From Paramecium tetraurelia (lineage: Eukaryota): a stretch of 59,673 nucleotides of DNA. Under the pieces are notes generated by a model. It had not been told where the DNA came from. It searched no databases and saw only the letters and a program-made list of their open reading frames with translations. Positions 40,662-54,053 of the stretch are shown here, piece by piece. The DNA lies in the NCBI GenBank assembly GCA_000165425.1, contig CT868036.1, positions 186,001 to 245,673 of the forward strand. The letters run 5' to 3'. Every line of letters starts with the position of its first letter. Within the stretch, counting starts at the first letter, position 1. The position numbers and the translations under genes were made by a program.

Positions 40662-43449
40662 TGGATTGAATAAAATATTTTTGAAAAAATATTCAATTTA
40701 TTTTATTAACTCCTATTTGTTAATTAATTTCTTGATTTATGTCATTTTTGCATGTAGATATGAAGATCAATATAACTATAAAATAACACAGAAATTCATA
40801 GATTTTGAATATGAATATTCAATAATTCATTTAAAAGAGAAGAGACTAAATACATGATTTAGGAAGTAGACTCAAATGCTAAATAATTTTGTTTATGTAA
40901 GGTCTAATTATTATTGTAACAAATTATATATTTTTAAAAAACATGATCTATTTAGTGATTCAAAAAGTAGTTAAATTTAATTAATTAAAATAATCATATA
41001 TTTCTGTTTGATTCATGCAAATTTACTAATAATAAACATTTTATCATTTTATATGGATATAATACAAATTTCAATAGTAAACCTTGATTTTAATTTTGTT
41101 TAGTAAATATGATTATTATTCTCTAATAACGATAACTAATCATATTTTATTTCCATTTTTTATGATTAGGATAATCATTGATTTTTTTTTATTTTTTAGA
41201 CATCATTTAAATAAATGATACTAAATGATTTGAAATGGAAAATTTTTCTTCTTCTGAATTTTTAATTTAACTACCTTATTTAAGACTCTGAAACAAAAAA
41301 GCACATAAATCATAATAAAATTGAGATAATTAAAATTCAATTTATCCATCTTTCTTTTGATGTTGAATTCTACATTAGATTTGATAAACTACAATAAAAT
41401 TAGGTTTGGATCAAAGAGAATAATATATAAAATGGAAATTAATAAATTTTACATAAAAATAACAATTTATTTTGTTATTCTGATAACACTAAGTTTAATT
41501 TTGTATTTAACTGTTTTTTTTAAATAAACCACAGCTTAAAAATATTTTAATTTTTATTATTTTTACTTTTATTTAATTAATACTTATAAGTATTATTAAA
41601 GTACTCAAACACATAATTAATATTTTGATTTGCGTTTCTTTTTTATCATATTTTTATATAAAAAATTGTATAAATATTAGAATTTAATTAGAATTTTAAA
41701 TACTATTAATAAACTATTCACCTTATGATTCCTAGAGTGGATAGTACGATTCATCAAAAATCTTCATTAAAATAATTACAAAGTGATTAGTTTGCAGTTT
41801 AAGTTGAAAGAGCAACAAAAATATGGATATATAAGGAATAAATAGAGAATGAAATGATAATCTATAAAATGCAAAGGTTTCTCAAACTAATAAAAATCAC
41901 TACGGTGATAGATCAAATGGAGATTGATCTCAAATTACTGCACTTATTTTGCAATACACAGACATAAATTTTATAAACCTCTAGAAGTATTTACTCGAGA
42001 TACAAAAATTAACTGCAATTGCAATTATTTATAATTTTGAAATATAGAAACATCTAGAAGAACCTAAATTCACATTAATGATACTATAACCAAAATATAT
42101 TTCCAATTTATTCTAGATATTAATTGCATTTATGAATTAAGTTTTGGCGATGAGATTTGTCTGAAATGTATAACTTATTACACAAGATTCTATATCCTTT
42201 TACTCTTGAAATTAATTTTAAAATTCGAACTCCTGTGACTGTGGACTCTTTAAATTGGTATTTTAGTTTAAGTGATTGATAAATTGGCGATTGATGACTT
42301 AAATTTAAATTGGATTACATTGAAACTTACAAAAATGAATTGTTATTTGATTTAATTTAAAAATTTGAGTTAATAAAACAAGACATCATTGTTGAAGCTT
42401 TGAGTTATGATTGCGCTCATACACACAGTTGAATTTCTCTTAATTTATAGTACTAATAAATTTTAGAGATGCATATCAAAATATACAAATATATAAGACT
42501 TAATGAACATTGCTTAATGTAAACTATCGAAAGTTACTCATCAAATTATTTAAATCTAGAAGCATGCATTAATATAAACTCAAACCATGTATTTACGATC
42601 GTTAAAATAAGATCAATTCATCAATACATAAATTCTAAGATATACTAATAGCAATATACAAATCTTAAAATAATATCCTCAGAATTTAATAAACTTCAAG
42701 AAAATATTAAATAATCTAATCAACAAAACAAATACTCAAGAAATGAATAAATTTTTGAACATTAAAAAGTCGCAATAGTTCTATGTGCTATTTAGAATAA
42801 TATAAAATATTATCGTTGGCGTGTTTTCTATTCAAATTTTATCTAATTCTGTTATTTTTCATCCAATTTAATTTCTTTTACTTCTATGTTAAATGAAAAT
42901 GATAAATTCATTTATATTTTAATAATTTCTTAAATCTAATAAATTTCCCAACACATTTCCATTTAATCTTAATTCTCTATTTTATCAGTGTCTATAATAT
43001 TCTTATTCTCTCAAAGTTATTTTAATATATTCTCTTTTCCTCATATAATTTTTCTGATAATAAAATTAGTATTTCAACAAATTATTCTAAACATTTAAAC
43101 TATTTATATTCTTACAAAATGGCTTTTTATTTATTCTTATTTTTTATTCTACTTGACATATTTTTCTTTAATAATGTATTTGTATCTGACGTTGATCTTT
43201 CTATGCTTTTAAAAATTTACAAAACAATATATATATGTCCTCTATCACATTCTTGATTGAAATTTTTATTAAGTTTGATTCGTCAGTTTAAAAATTATAT
43301 ATAATTTATATTTTCTTCTTGGAATTAGGTAGAAATTTATTATTTATTGACGAAAAATTTATATCCAATTCCATTCTTATAATGTTTTTTCAAAAACCAG
43401 TTAGGATGCATTAAAATTAAAATAAATAGCACGAAAAATGCATAAAAAT

Positions 43450-44050
43450 ATACCTATATCTATTTCATATTTGGAATGTCAAAAAATAATTGCAGCAGAT
43501 TTAAGATAGCATATAGATGAGTGATTATTTATTATAAGATTACCTATTTACTATCGAAGCATAACATTTAACTTGGTTGAATGAATGTGTTTGAATTACT
43601 AAAATCCTAAGAATCTTTGTTCTTTAAAAATATATATAATGATTCTTTTTAAACATTTAGATTGCAAACTGACAATTAGTCCCTTTAGAGGTTTTTAAAG
43701 GACATGGATACACATAAAGTTATACATCTAAGTTCAACTTTAAAGCCACTACAAAGGAGAATAAAAAAGCAATTCCTGTATAGATTTTCATTTTTTATCA
43801 CATATCGGAGTATAGAGAACCAATACATATTGATCAATCAGGAATTGGGAATGAACATTACAATTTAAAAATGTGGTGAAAAAAATATTTACATCGAAAA
43901 ATTGACAAAGCTTAAATTAAACAAAGAATTTATATTATTGGTGCAGGAAGTTAGGAGAGAATTGATACTCACTTGGCTAAATAATATTATAGAACAAACC
44001 TTAACTATATTTTAAGCTTTGTGATTCCGTATATCCAAAAATATTAAAAT
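43450..44050 (+). mobile_element. decayed IS630/Tc1-mariner (DDE) transposase remnant
   Basis: Frame from 43682: FKGHGYTQ..PIHIDQSGIGNEHYNLKMW*KK..RIYIIGAGSQE, with in-frame TGA 43877-43879; a frameshifted HTH-like GMSK../IAADL near 43470-43500. No TIRs identified. Confidence 0.55.
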
Positions 44051-44881
44051 GTTTAGAAATATCAGAATTATGATTTATAAAAATACAAATTTGATCTAAA
44101 TAATAATTTTTATTTTGAGCCAAATTATTAAGTAAATAAAGTATTATAATTGCTTCCAATTTAATTAATTCATTTTAATCATGATCATTTTCATTGAACA
44201 CACAATCCTCTAAAATTATTTATACTTCTAATTTTTTCTCGATTCAATTAATTTAAATTAGAAATAATTAGAATAATGACTAAAAAAGTATGCTCAATGT
44301 ATGTAAAAACTTGAATGATAATTTATGTGTTAATTTTCATAAAAATCACATCATAAAATAGAAATATCATGTTTACATATTTATTAAGGAAAATAAAATG
44401 ACTATCACATATAACATCATAAAAATAAAGACTATTTCCTTCATTTGGCTGTTTTTTTTTAAATTTTTCAAGTATAGATATCATTTAATGACATTGTGTT
44501 AACATTTATACTAAGGAAAAACTTTTTATAAATACCAATATTCTATATAATACCCAAATATATATAATATTCCTTCATTTAAAAAAATGTACCATATGTA
44601 TTCTAAAAATTATATTTTTATAATTAAAAACAATCCAATTTTCCCTAGTTTCTATCTCATCATATATGAAATGTTATTAATAAGAGTCCAATTGAAACCA
44701 CATGATCTGAAGAGGAATTCTTTTTAATTCATCTACTGAGTAGTTTATTTTTGGATTTAAACCATTTCAAATAGTAAAATGTAAATAATATTATTGAAAT
44801 GATTAATAATAGAATTTGAAAAGTCATTTTGAAAAATAATAAAGAGGGGAAAATAATTTAATTCGAAATTCTATCAGACGT

Positions 44882-46569
44882 ATGACTAACATCTAAGTTG
44901 TCTCATAGTATAGAATTTATAAGGATAGCCTTATTGGTGAAGGTCAATATGGGAAGATTTATGCATGCGAAGATACATAAAACCTTAATTTAAAATTATG
45001 CGCAAAAGTAATTAATATTTAGATTAGATTATCGAAGGTTAAGTAGAAGACCCTAAGACTGGTAGAGAAATGGAACTTATGTAGATGATTATGGAACAGG
45101 GAAGGAATAATAAACACATTGTAGGAGTCCATCATGTAGATATGAATAAATAAAGAATTATTTTAATATTGGAAAGATGTGAATGTGATTTGCAAACGCA
45201 GTTCAAGGAAAGGAGGAAAAACAATAAATATTACACTCCTGTGGAAGCTATTAATATTTTGAAATAAATTATCAAAGGTTATAAACTACTCTATGATAAC
45301 AAAGTGATACACAGAGATATTAAACCTTAAAACATTTTATATTTGGATGGTGTATATAAAGTAGATATAGTTATTAAAAAAGATTGCTGATTTTGGATTA
45401 GCCAGAGTTTATCAAACAAATGATGAGCTTACTAAAGCTGGAACACCAAAATATGCCTCACCTCAATTATTTGATTAGGGTTCCAATTTTACAAATTCTG
45501 CAGACATCTATTCGGTAAATTGAAATAATATTATAAGCTTGGAATCGTTTGCTATGAACTTATATTTGGAGGCCTGCCATACTAAGTAGGCAGTTTACCT
45601 TAATTGATAATGAAGCTAAAATAATTAGAATCAGACCCAATAAAAATTAATCTCTCTGCTGCTGGAGTAAGTACAATTTTATTTTATAGATGACTTAAGA
45701 AATAGCTAATTTGATAGAGAATATGTTAAAGTATGATGAAAATAAAAGAATCACTTGGAATAATTTATTTTCTCACCCTTTATTAAAAGACTAACCATCC
45801 TCTTAAGTCACTCAAATCACTAAAACTTCTCCAACGCCTCAGATGATTCAAATCCCTTAATTCTAAATCAAGCCTCCATAGTTTGTGTAAAGTGCTAATC
45901 CACAAAAAATAGATAAACTTCCATAGTCTCCCTCTCTACCCTGCTTCTAATCAACCCTAGAAATATCAGATCAACTTTATTAAATAGCTACCTTTATGCA
46001 TTTTGTTTTAGATTCTCTAGATAAGCATTTGTATATTCATATTTCATTTTAGGAATCAATAAAGATAAATACATGCCGATGTAATCAAAATAAAGTAACA
46101 ATTATACTACCTTTCATCTTGCTTTTATTAGCATAGCAAAGCAATAAAACATAAATCCTAACATAAATCTAACACCAATCATTCTTTAGCAGATGTTGAA
46201 AGAGCAATAATATAGCTTGAGACAGCTAAATAATTACTTGTAGATTAAACAATCAACTATGGTTTATCGAAAGATTTTCCATTTAGAGAAACTTTGGCTG
46301 ATTTTACAGGCTATTTCGTATAATTGAGCAATTTATTAGCAATCTAATTCCTATTTCCATACACGAATAAATTTAGTTACTATTTAGAATATTTGCAGTA
46401 AATTATAAAGATTTATTTATAAAGGTTACTCTTTTGTTTGACAAAATTAAAAGAATTAAAAGAAGGAAAAGATACAACAATAATTCATAAATATATTGTT
46501 GATATTTAGATCTAATTACAAAATGAAATTGTTATTAAACAAACCTTGAATTCTAAAATTAATAATTGA
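44882..46569 (+). CDS. ULK/Atg1-like Ser/Thr kinase
   Basis: IGEGQYGKIY, LCAK, ILERCECDL, IHRDIKPQNIL, IADFGLAR, AGTPKYASPQ, RITWNNLFSHP; several short introns. Confidence 0.88.
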
Positions 46570-49504
46570 TATGATTAATTACAAAATGTTGTTACACTAT
46601 TTAACAATTTCTTCTTAATATTTAATGTTAAATATGGAGATTGTTGCCTCCTTTTTATCATAATAAATCATCGTTATATTATCATAATCAAATCAAAATC
46701 TTATATATTATGACATTTTAGGAAATTAAATAACATATTAATTTTAAACGAGTTATTGTTATAATAAGATTGAGAATGAGATAGACTATGATATCAACTT
46801 TTTATTCCTATTTTTTAATTACTCTGATGTGTAAAAACAGGAATATCAAATGTAATATTAGAATATAAATAAATGGTATTAATAAGAAATTTAATTCATA
46901 CTTTGCTATAATAAAAGAAAAATAAATTGAACATGGAAAAAGTGTGAATTATGAAACTAAATCAATATTATTTTAGGAGCAATTCATTCATCTATGCTAA
47001 GAAATTGAGCCACTCTTTCAATAACAGGTATCTTTTGTAAATTGAAAAATCTTAAAAATTACCTATATATAGTAAATTGTCTTAATAAACTTATCCAAAA
47101 AATAATTTGATACCATCCAAGATTCAATTTATATATATACTTTAAGAGCGAAAATTAGGATATTGAAAATAAAGTTTAACTTGAAATTTCAATACATATT
47201 AAACATCTTTCTAGTTAAAAATTTATGAATAAATTATTGTCTATTAATATGATTTATATTTTCTACTATTTATTAATCATAAGATACTAATTTTATACAT
47301 TTCAATAAATTTATGGTATCGATTTTTATCAAAAGGTTATAGTAAATAATGAATTTAGAGGATTGATAAATTGTATCATCGGATTCCAGTTATAAAACAA
47401 GTATTTTATTTTATGAACAAAGCACAAACAATTCTTAAGTATAGTAAAATGTCTCTTAAAAATCCTTGATTTGACTATTCAAAAATTTAGAAATAACTTT
47501 AGCAAAAGTTTTATTTAAAAAAAGTGACAAATTGAAATATTTACTTTATATAAAACAGGTTTCTACACTCAATTTACTTTGCGATTGATCGTAATTAAAT
47601 ATTGGTTCATATGGTTCCTCTATTTTAATTCATTCCTTTTTTGAATTTGATATCTAGAAAAAAAATATATCAACACTGAAAGAACATATTAGGTTAATTA
47701 CATTTTATTTGAGAGTTAAAATAATAAAAACCTTCTAATATTAGATCATATGACAAGAATATTATATCATAAATTCCTGTTGGACTTGTACATAAATAAT
47801 AAGCGAACCCTTAGATAAATAAATTCAGTAGATTATCTCTAAACAAGATGGTAAATAAATGATTAAATGTGGTAGAGACAAATAAATCTATAAAAGGAAA
47901 ATCTGCTGATGAATTTTGTTTGTGAAAGAGATTAATTTGATCTATCTTTTTTTATATCAGATGATTTTGCCTTCCAAATTTTGATGGAACTCATATATTT
48001 CTAGCCGCATTATTTATTCCTATCCGCATAGAATCTTGCAATAGACTTTCGCAAAATCAAAAGAACTTGCAGTTTCTAAAATTGAGTTGACCTGTTAGTA
48101 TTGTAATGAATGGGATGATAACAGGAAATTTAATACTTTAAACTTCAACTGAAAAATGTAAAGTGGGAATATTATTTAATAGAAGTATTTAATTACCTTC
48201 ATAAATTAGTAATGACAATTTCTTTTTCTCTTGGAATATGATTCTATCTATAAGAATTCAAATTTTATCTTATTTTTTTATTCTTAAGCAGCGATTTTTT
48301 AGAAGCTTTGAACAGAAAGAGTGGGTTCATAATGATGAATATGGTAATTCAGGCCTATTTAATTAAAACACACAAAAATATCTATGGTCTCCAAATTGAA
48401 TTAATTAATTTTATTAGCAAGGGTTAATCTGAGAGTTAACGATGGTCTGTAATTTATTGGTATAATTCAATAATCAAAATTTCTAATTAAATAAAATATG
48501 TGAGCTAGAATTAATCAATACTATATGAAAAAATATTTGAATTTAAATACTAATGCTCAGCTTCGTTTATTATGGCTTTTATCACAATCAAATTTTTCAA
48601 ATTCTGAAATAATTAACTTTAAAAGCAAAAAACCCTAATTCAAGAATAAAAATTGTATTAAATTTTAACGAATATGCAATTAGAAATTTAGAGAAGTTAA
48701 TGCAGCCTTGGGTCATTAGATTGAACCTGTAATGAGGTTAAATTGAAAAGATATTACCCTCCTAAAAGTTCAACCTCTATTAACACTACAAAATATTTAT
48801 TTAAAATAATTAAAAATCCATAAATAATGCCGAATCAAATTTTAAGATATTAGAATAGGGCAATTGTTTGAATTAGCAAAAGAAAAATGCTATCCGAAAG
48901 CCATAAAGTATTTATGATTAAGTCTCGCACTAGTTTAGATTTCTTTCTATATTCATTTTTATTTGTTGAACTAAAGGTATTTATATAAATATGAAAAAGT
49001 CTTATTGGAGTTGAGAGCTTTATATAAACAAGCAATATGGTAAATATAAGTTAAACTCAAAGTGAATAAAAGTGATAAATATTGAAAAATTTACATGAAA
49101 TTATTATATTATGAATTATATAGTAAATATTAAGTAATCAAATCATTAATATTAAGAAATATTTAAACTTATATTCGAAGATATATTTAGAAATAAACCA
49201 AAATTTCAATAAGCTTAAAAGTTAGAAATAATTTATGGTTCAATAATAATTCAATTAATGCTAAATTTTCTTAATGAACTGAAATATACGTTTATAGTTT
49301 ACATTACTAGAGTTTAAAGATAATGATATATTATAATGATACCATATTGATTTTAATCATATTTCAATTTAGACTATTAATTTTATGTTTAAAAATTGTG
49401 AAATTTATATTTGAATTATATATTAAATTTAATGTTATTTTGAATTGTAAAAATTTTACTACTTTTTTGTCTCATTTCTTTAGTGTTCACATAACTTAAT
49501 TAAG

Positions 49505-51366
49505 ATGCTCCAAAGGCAATCACTAGTAAGATCTTATAACCTATTTTTTATTAGTTAGTTCTGGAAACTCTGATTAAACATAAGGTCCCCCTACTGGGCA
49601 ATAACTGCAATAAAATACAACAGATATCTATAAGGTTTATGGTATTTAGTTGATTAATAACCATGAAATACATAATAAGGTGGTATGTGGATACTCAGGA
49701 GGTCCACAAAAAGGTGGAAAGGCGAAAAAATGTTCACCACCACAGCGCAATAAGGTCAAATGGGTCCAAATTAAGGATAGATTGGATAAGGTAAAATGGG
49801 AATAACCAAGGATAAATTGGATAAGTTTAAATGAGTCCAAACTAGGTATAAATGGAACAAGGATAATTGGGATAAGATTAAGCACAAATGGATCCAAATT
49901 ATGGATATATGGGATAAGGACAGGGTTAAATGAGTCCTCCAGGCCAAATGGGTCTAAATCAAAGTTAAATTGGATAATAAGGACAAATGGGTCCAAATCA
50001 AGGGAAAATGGGAAGGGATAAGGTTAAATGGGTTCAAATCAAAGGATAAATTGGATAAGGATAAGGATGAATGAGTCCAAATCAAGGATTAATGGGATAA
50101 GGATAAGGTCAAACTGGTGCAATTCGAGGGTAAATGGGTTAAAACTAGGATGGATGGGATAAGGTTTAGGCCAAGGATATAAACCATAAGGACCGTCTTA
50201 ATCAAAAGGATAATGGACTCAAGATAAATAAGAACAAGAAAAATGCGTTGAGATTACTTGTGCAGATAATTAGATTGTTTTCAAAGATAGATGCGTAGCT
50301 TAGACTTGTGAAAACTTTGATAAAGTTTAAGCTAAATAAGAAGGTGGCTAGAAGAAACCTCCTTTGAAGTTTGATTGAAAAGTTGATTTCTTAGAAAATA
50401 AGGATGTTGTAGTGTAATTAGCATTCCCTGATACCAAAGACTAACCTATAGTAAAACAGGATGGAGTGCCAAAGTATATATTGAGAGATTAATATACGGA
50501 TATATGTCTAGTTTTCTAAGTGAAACATTAGATGATTCACAAATTACAAGCAGCTATAATGACAATAAATAATTAAGATTTTGGGAATTCAACATCTTAA
50601 ATGCAGACACTGATTGCAAATTATTTAAAAATGAGCAAGCTGCTAAAATTGTTTATACGTGCTACTATTCAGTCAAGCTAAAAATCTAAGAGAAGAAAAT
50701 AGCTTAATTCTTTTTCACTTTTTTTATAGCAGTTGATTTGACTGGTAATGTCATAACAGCCTAAGCAAAATCTGAAGCTTAAGATGATACTCCAGCTTGT
50801 GCATCAGAAGATAATTGTGTATCGAGGGCAGACACTGAAGTAGGATTCTGCAGTGACTAAACCTGCTCTACTCTTATTGATTAACTTTAAGTTTACGCTG
50901 GCTAGAACTTCTATGTTGTTCAGAGAGTCAAATAGACTGGATTTGAATAATGGAAAGTTGGAGATGCTGATATTACCTTTACTGTTGATGGAGTCTATAA
51001 AAATTGAAGCCAACTAAATAGGAATAGTAACCCGATTGAATTATTATACACTGAATAGTAATATTCTTGATAATAATGTTGAATTCTCAGTCAATAGTAA
51101 ACTCGAAGATCCAAAAGCAGCTCGAAGATTTAGGTTTTTAGAAGCATCCACAACTACTGACGGTACTGAAGTCTCTTTGGGCAACGCTGTTGGTACAACG
51201 ACTTTAGAATTCATTAAGAAAGATGCAAATTCTTCATGCCAAAGCACTGAAGAGCAAGAACCTACAACTAACAAGATTGTGGAACTATCGGATAAATGGA
51301 TTGTGAAAGCAGTAATGAAAATAAACGGTTTTTTTTAATTTCACCATAATAGTACTCTTATAATGA
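49505..51366 (+). pseudogene. pseudogene of a Gln/Gly-repeat, Cys-containing probable surface protein
   Basis: GQMGPNQGQIGQ-type repeats with frameshifts near 49800 and 50010, in-frame TGA at 50068-50070 and 50376-50378, and an out-of-frame hydrophobic tail FTIIVLLQ* resembling a GPI signal. Confidence 0.7.
49754..50185 (+). repeat. imperfect coding minisatellite (GQMGPNQGQ-like units)
   Basis: Recurrent ggtcaaatgggtccaaatcaagga / ggataaggataa variants. Confidence 0.85.
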
Positions 51367-54053
51367 CAAATAATTTCATTTCTAAGATAATATAAAATTA
51401 ATCATTATTTCTTTTAATATTGATTATTTACCTTCATAATTTATATCTTAAAAGACTCTAAATGTTTTAAGAAAGTCAAGTATTTTTATATTGATTTCAA
51501 ACACTTATTCTTTTATCTCTAATATCTTAAAGGAAAGATATTATTAATTTGGGTTGTATAATTTTGAGATTCTTGATTTTTATTGAATTCTTCGATCTAC
51601 ATTAACAATCCCTTAACTAAAATAAATATAATAAATTTTTTGTTTCTTATTCTATTGACCCAAAAGTGAATCAAATCTGCAATACTTTATCAATATATAA
51701 AAGTATTTTGTATTCTAATTTTTAAAATGATAGTGTTGAATTCTCCTTACAAAAATTTATTTATTTTCTAAAGTTTTTCAACCTATCTTCTTTTTCCAAA
51801 AATTAAATAATGCAATTTCTCTGAGAATATTTAACCATCCTATTCTGCCATAATTTGATATATTATAATAATCACTTTCAAATTTTTTTAAAATCGCAAA
51901 AAAGTAATATTTCCAGGAAAATAGCAGTCTAAAAAGGCTTTTTAAATTCAACATCACCTCAGAGGGATAGTAAGAATGTCTCTCTGCTGCCAAAAAATGA
52001 TGAGGATATTAATAGAAGAGGAGATATGGGTGTTCCCATAGTAAAGGCTCTATTTATCGGAATACTGGAGGTTCAGGGGAATCTCAATTTACGAGAGACT
52101 GTTATAATTTTGGACTGGTCAGAAGCAAAGAGCCTATGGGTGAAAGAATATATTTGTTGTCTTCTGGAAAATTGGGAATTAGATACATTTAAGATAAAAA
52201 ATGGTCAAAACCTGATATTAGTTCTATTATAATAAGTAATAAAATGTGTTTTTTTCAAAACAAAACGAATTATCTATGAGCAAAATTTATCAGAAGGGCA
52301 GTCAGAATCTAAAAGTCAGGTTACTTGCTGGTGTTCAAGTTATTAATTTAATGTCATAAATCATTCATCAAATAAAATCTTCCAAATTTGAACTCTACTA
52401 CTTATAGTGGTCAATGCAATACTATCATTTCTTATCAATAAGATGAGAACTTTGCACACATATCCTATAGGGAAAGTATTATTAAGAATAGATATAATTG
52501 GCATAATAACATTGGTCTAGTTACTATTAGTTAATATAAAGAATGGATTAATATAGTAGAAAGAGTTAGCTACATAAAGAGATATAAAGGCTTCCTTATA
52601 AATATAACAATATTAATGATGAAAGTATTATAATAATAGGTTCAGTTTCAGAGTCTGTAAGGAAGTTTGCAATTTAAGCAAAGGGTTGCCACAGTAAATA
52701 TCTTAAGTTGGTAACTCCCTCAAGAAACCAATCTAGATTAGCAGATCGGAGTTATATAATAGGAATGTTGAATAAATTTTTGAAGAATTAGGCATGAATC
52801 AAGTCTTATCGTACAAATTATCTTTCATTTTTTATATGTCCCTAATCCAAATTTTAGAGTTTACAATCGAAGATAATGTAGACTGTTTTTATCTTAAAAT
52901 TCGAGACTTTAATTCATCCAAAGGGATGAAAAACTCATCGCATATCTTAAGGAGTTTCATAAATATAATTCTATAAATTATTTCACATTCCTCTTTGTTT
53001 GAACTCTTCTCACTGTTTAGAAAACTTCAAGCACTTGTCTCAACTAAGTGTGGACCTTATTAATCACGAAGTGAGCCATACTGACAAGTAATAATTGAAT
53101 ACTAACATTTTTCTATCAATAATCTATATAATCATGTAAAAGAAATTTTTATCAGAAATTCTTGATAATGTCTTCATTGGAGCGTCCACAGGAATGTATT
53201 CCTGCCCACCAGGAAGAGTGTGAATAAAATACTGATGAGTAGATGGAGTACCATGAAGTCTAGAGAACTCAGGTATCAATTAAGGGAGGGAAAATGAAAT
53301 TTAAAGATGAAAGCCCTAACTTTTCTTTTTACTCAAGCCGCTTTGAGGATAATGTGGAAGGTATATTCAAGTTTATTAAGTGCATAATAATAAGGAGGTC
53401 TAATTTTTTATTATATCTTTTTTCCATTTTAAATATATTTGGATAATTTTCTGAATACTTTAATCTTCTTTTTTGTTACTGTTTTTAATAATATTACAAT
53501 GTTTTTGTTTATTCAATTTCTAATCTGCTAAACTTACTTTTCAAAATTATAAAGGTTTATCTTTAATAAATTATGAAAGGGTTTATTATTTAAAGGCAAA
53601 AATTAAGAGTGTAAAAATAAATAAAATCTATTCAAATGATGGACATTTTAATTACTAAAGGTATATGCAAAATCAAAATAATATTAAAATTATAGAAAAG
53701 CTGATTTATTAAGATTATTTTTATTTTTTTACTTTTTAGATTTAAAATATGACCTACATACATTCCTAATTGGTATAAATTTTTTTTTGTGGAATTTTTA
53801 GATTAATTTGTTGTTTATTCTTAAATATCAAAGCTAAATGGTGATATAAAAGATAAACTTGGTATCTATAAGATATCTACCTCTAGATTTAGAAAAAGAA
53901 GGCTAAAATTAATTTATAAAAATATAAAAAGCTTTGTTACATATAGCGAAAAAAAAATTTTGGAAAGTATTTTCAATAGTTTCCTTTTTCTTAACAAACA
54001 GAAAAAATTAAAGGACTATTCATAATTATATTTATATAATCCATCTTTAATAT

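Noticed and set aside
47880..48000. FISDDFAF as a possible reverse transcriptase YADD motif
   Set aside because: No upstream PQG motif or other RT blocks; surrounding frames are closed.
50068..50378. In-frame TGA codons as selenocysteine or readthrough
   Set aside because: They co-occur with frameshifts and are not in a redox motif; pseudogenisation is simpler.
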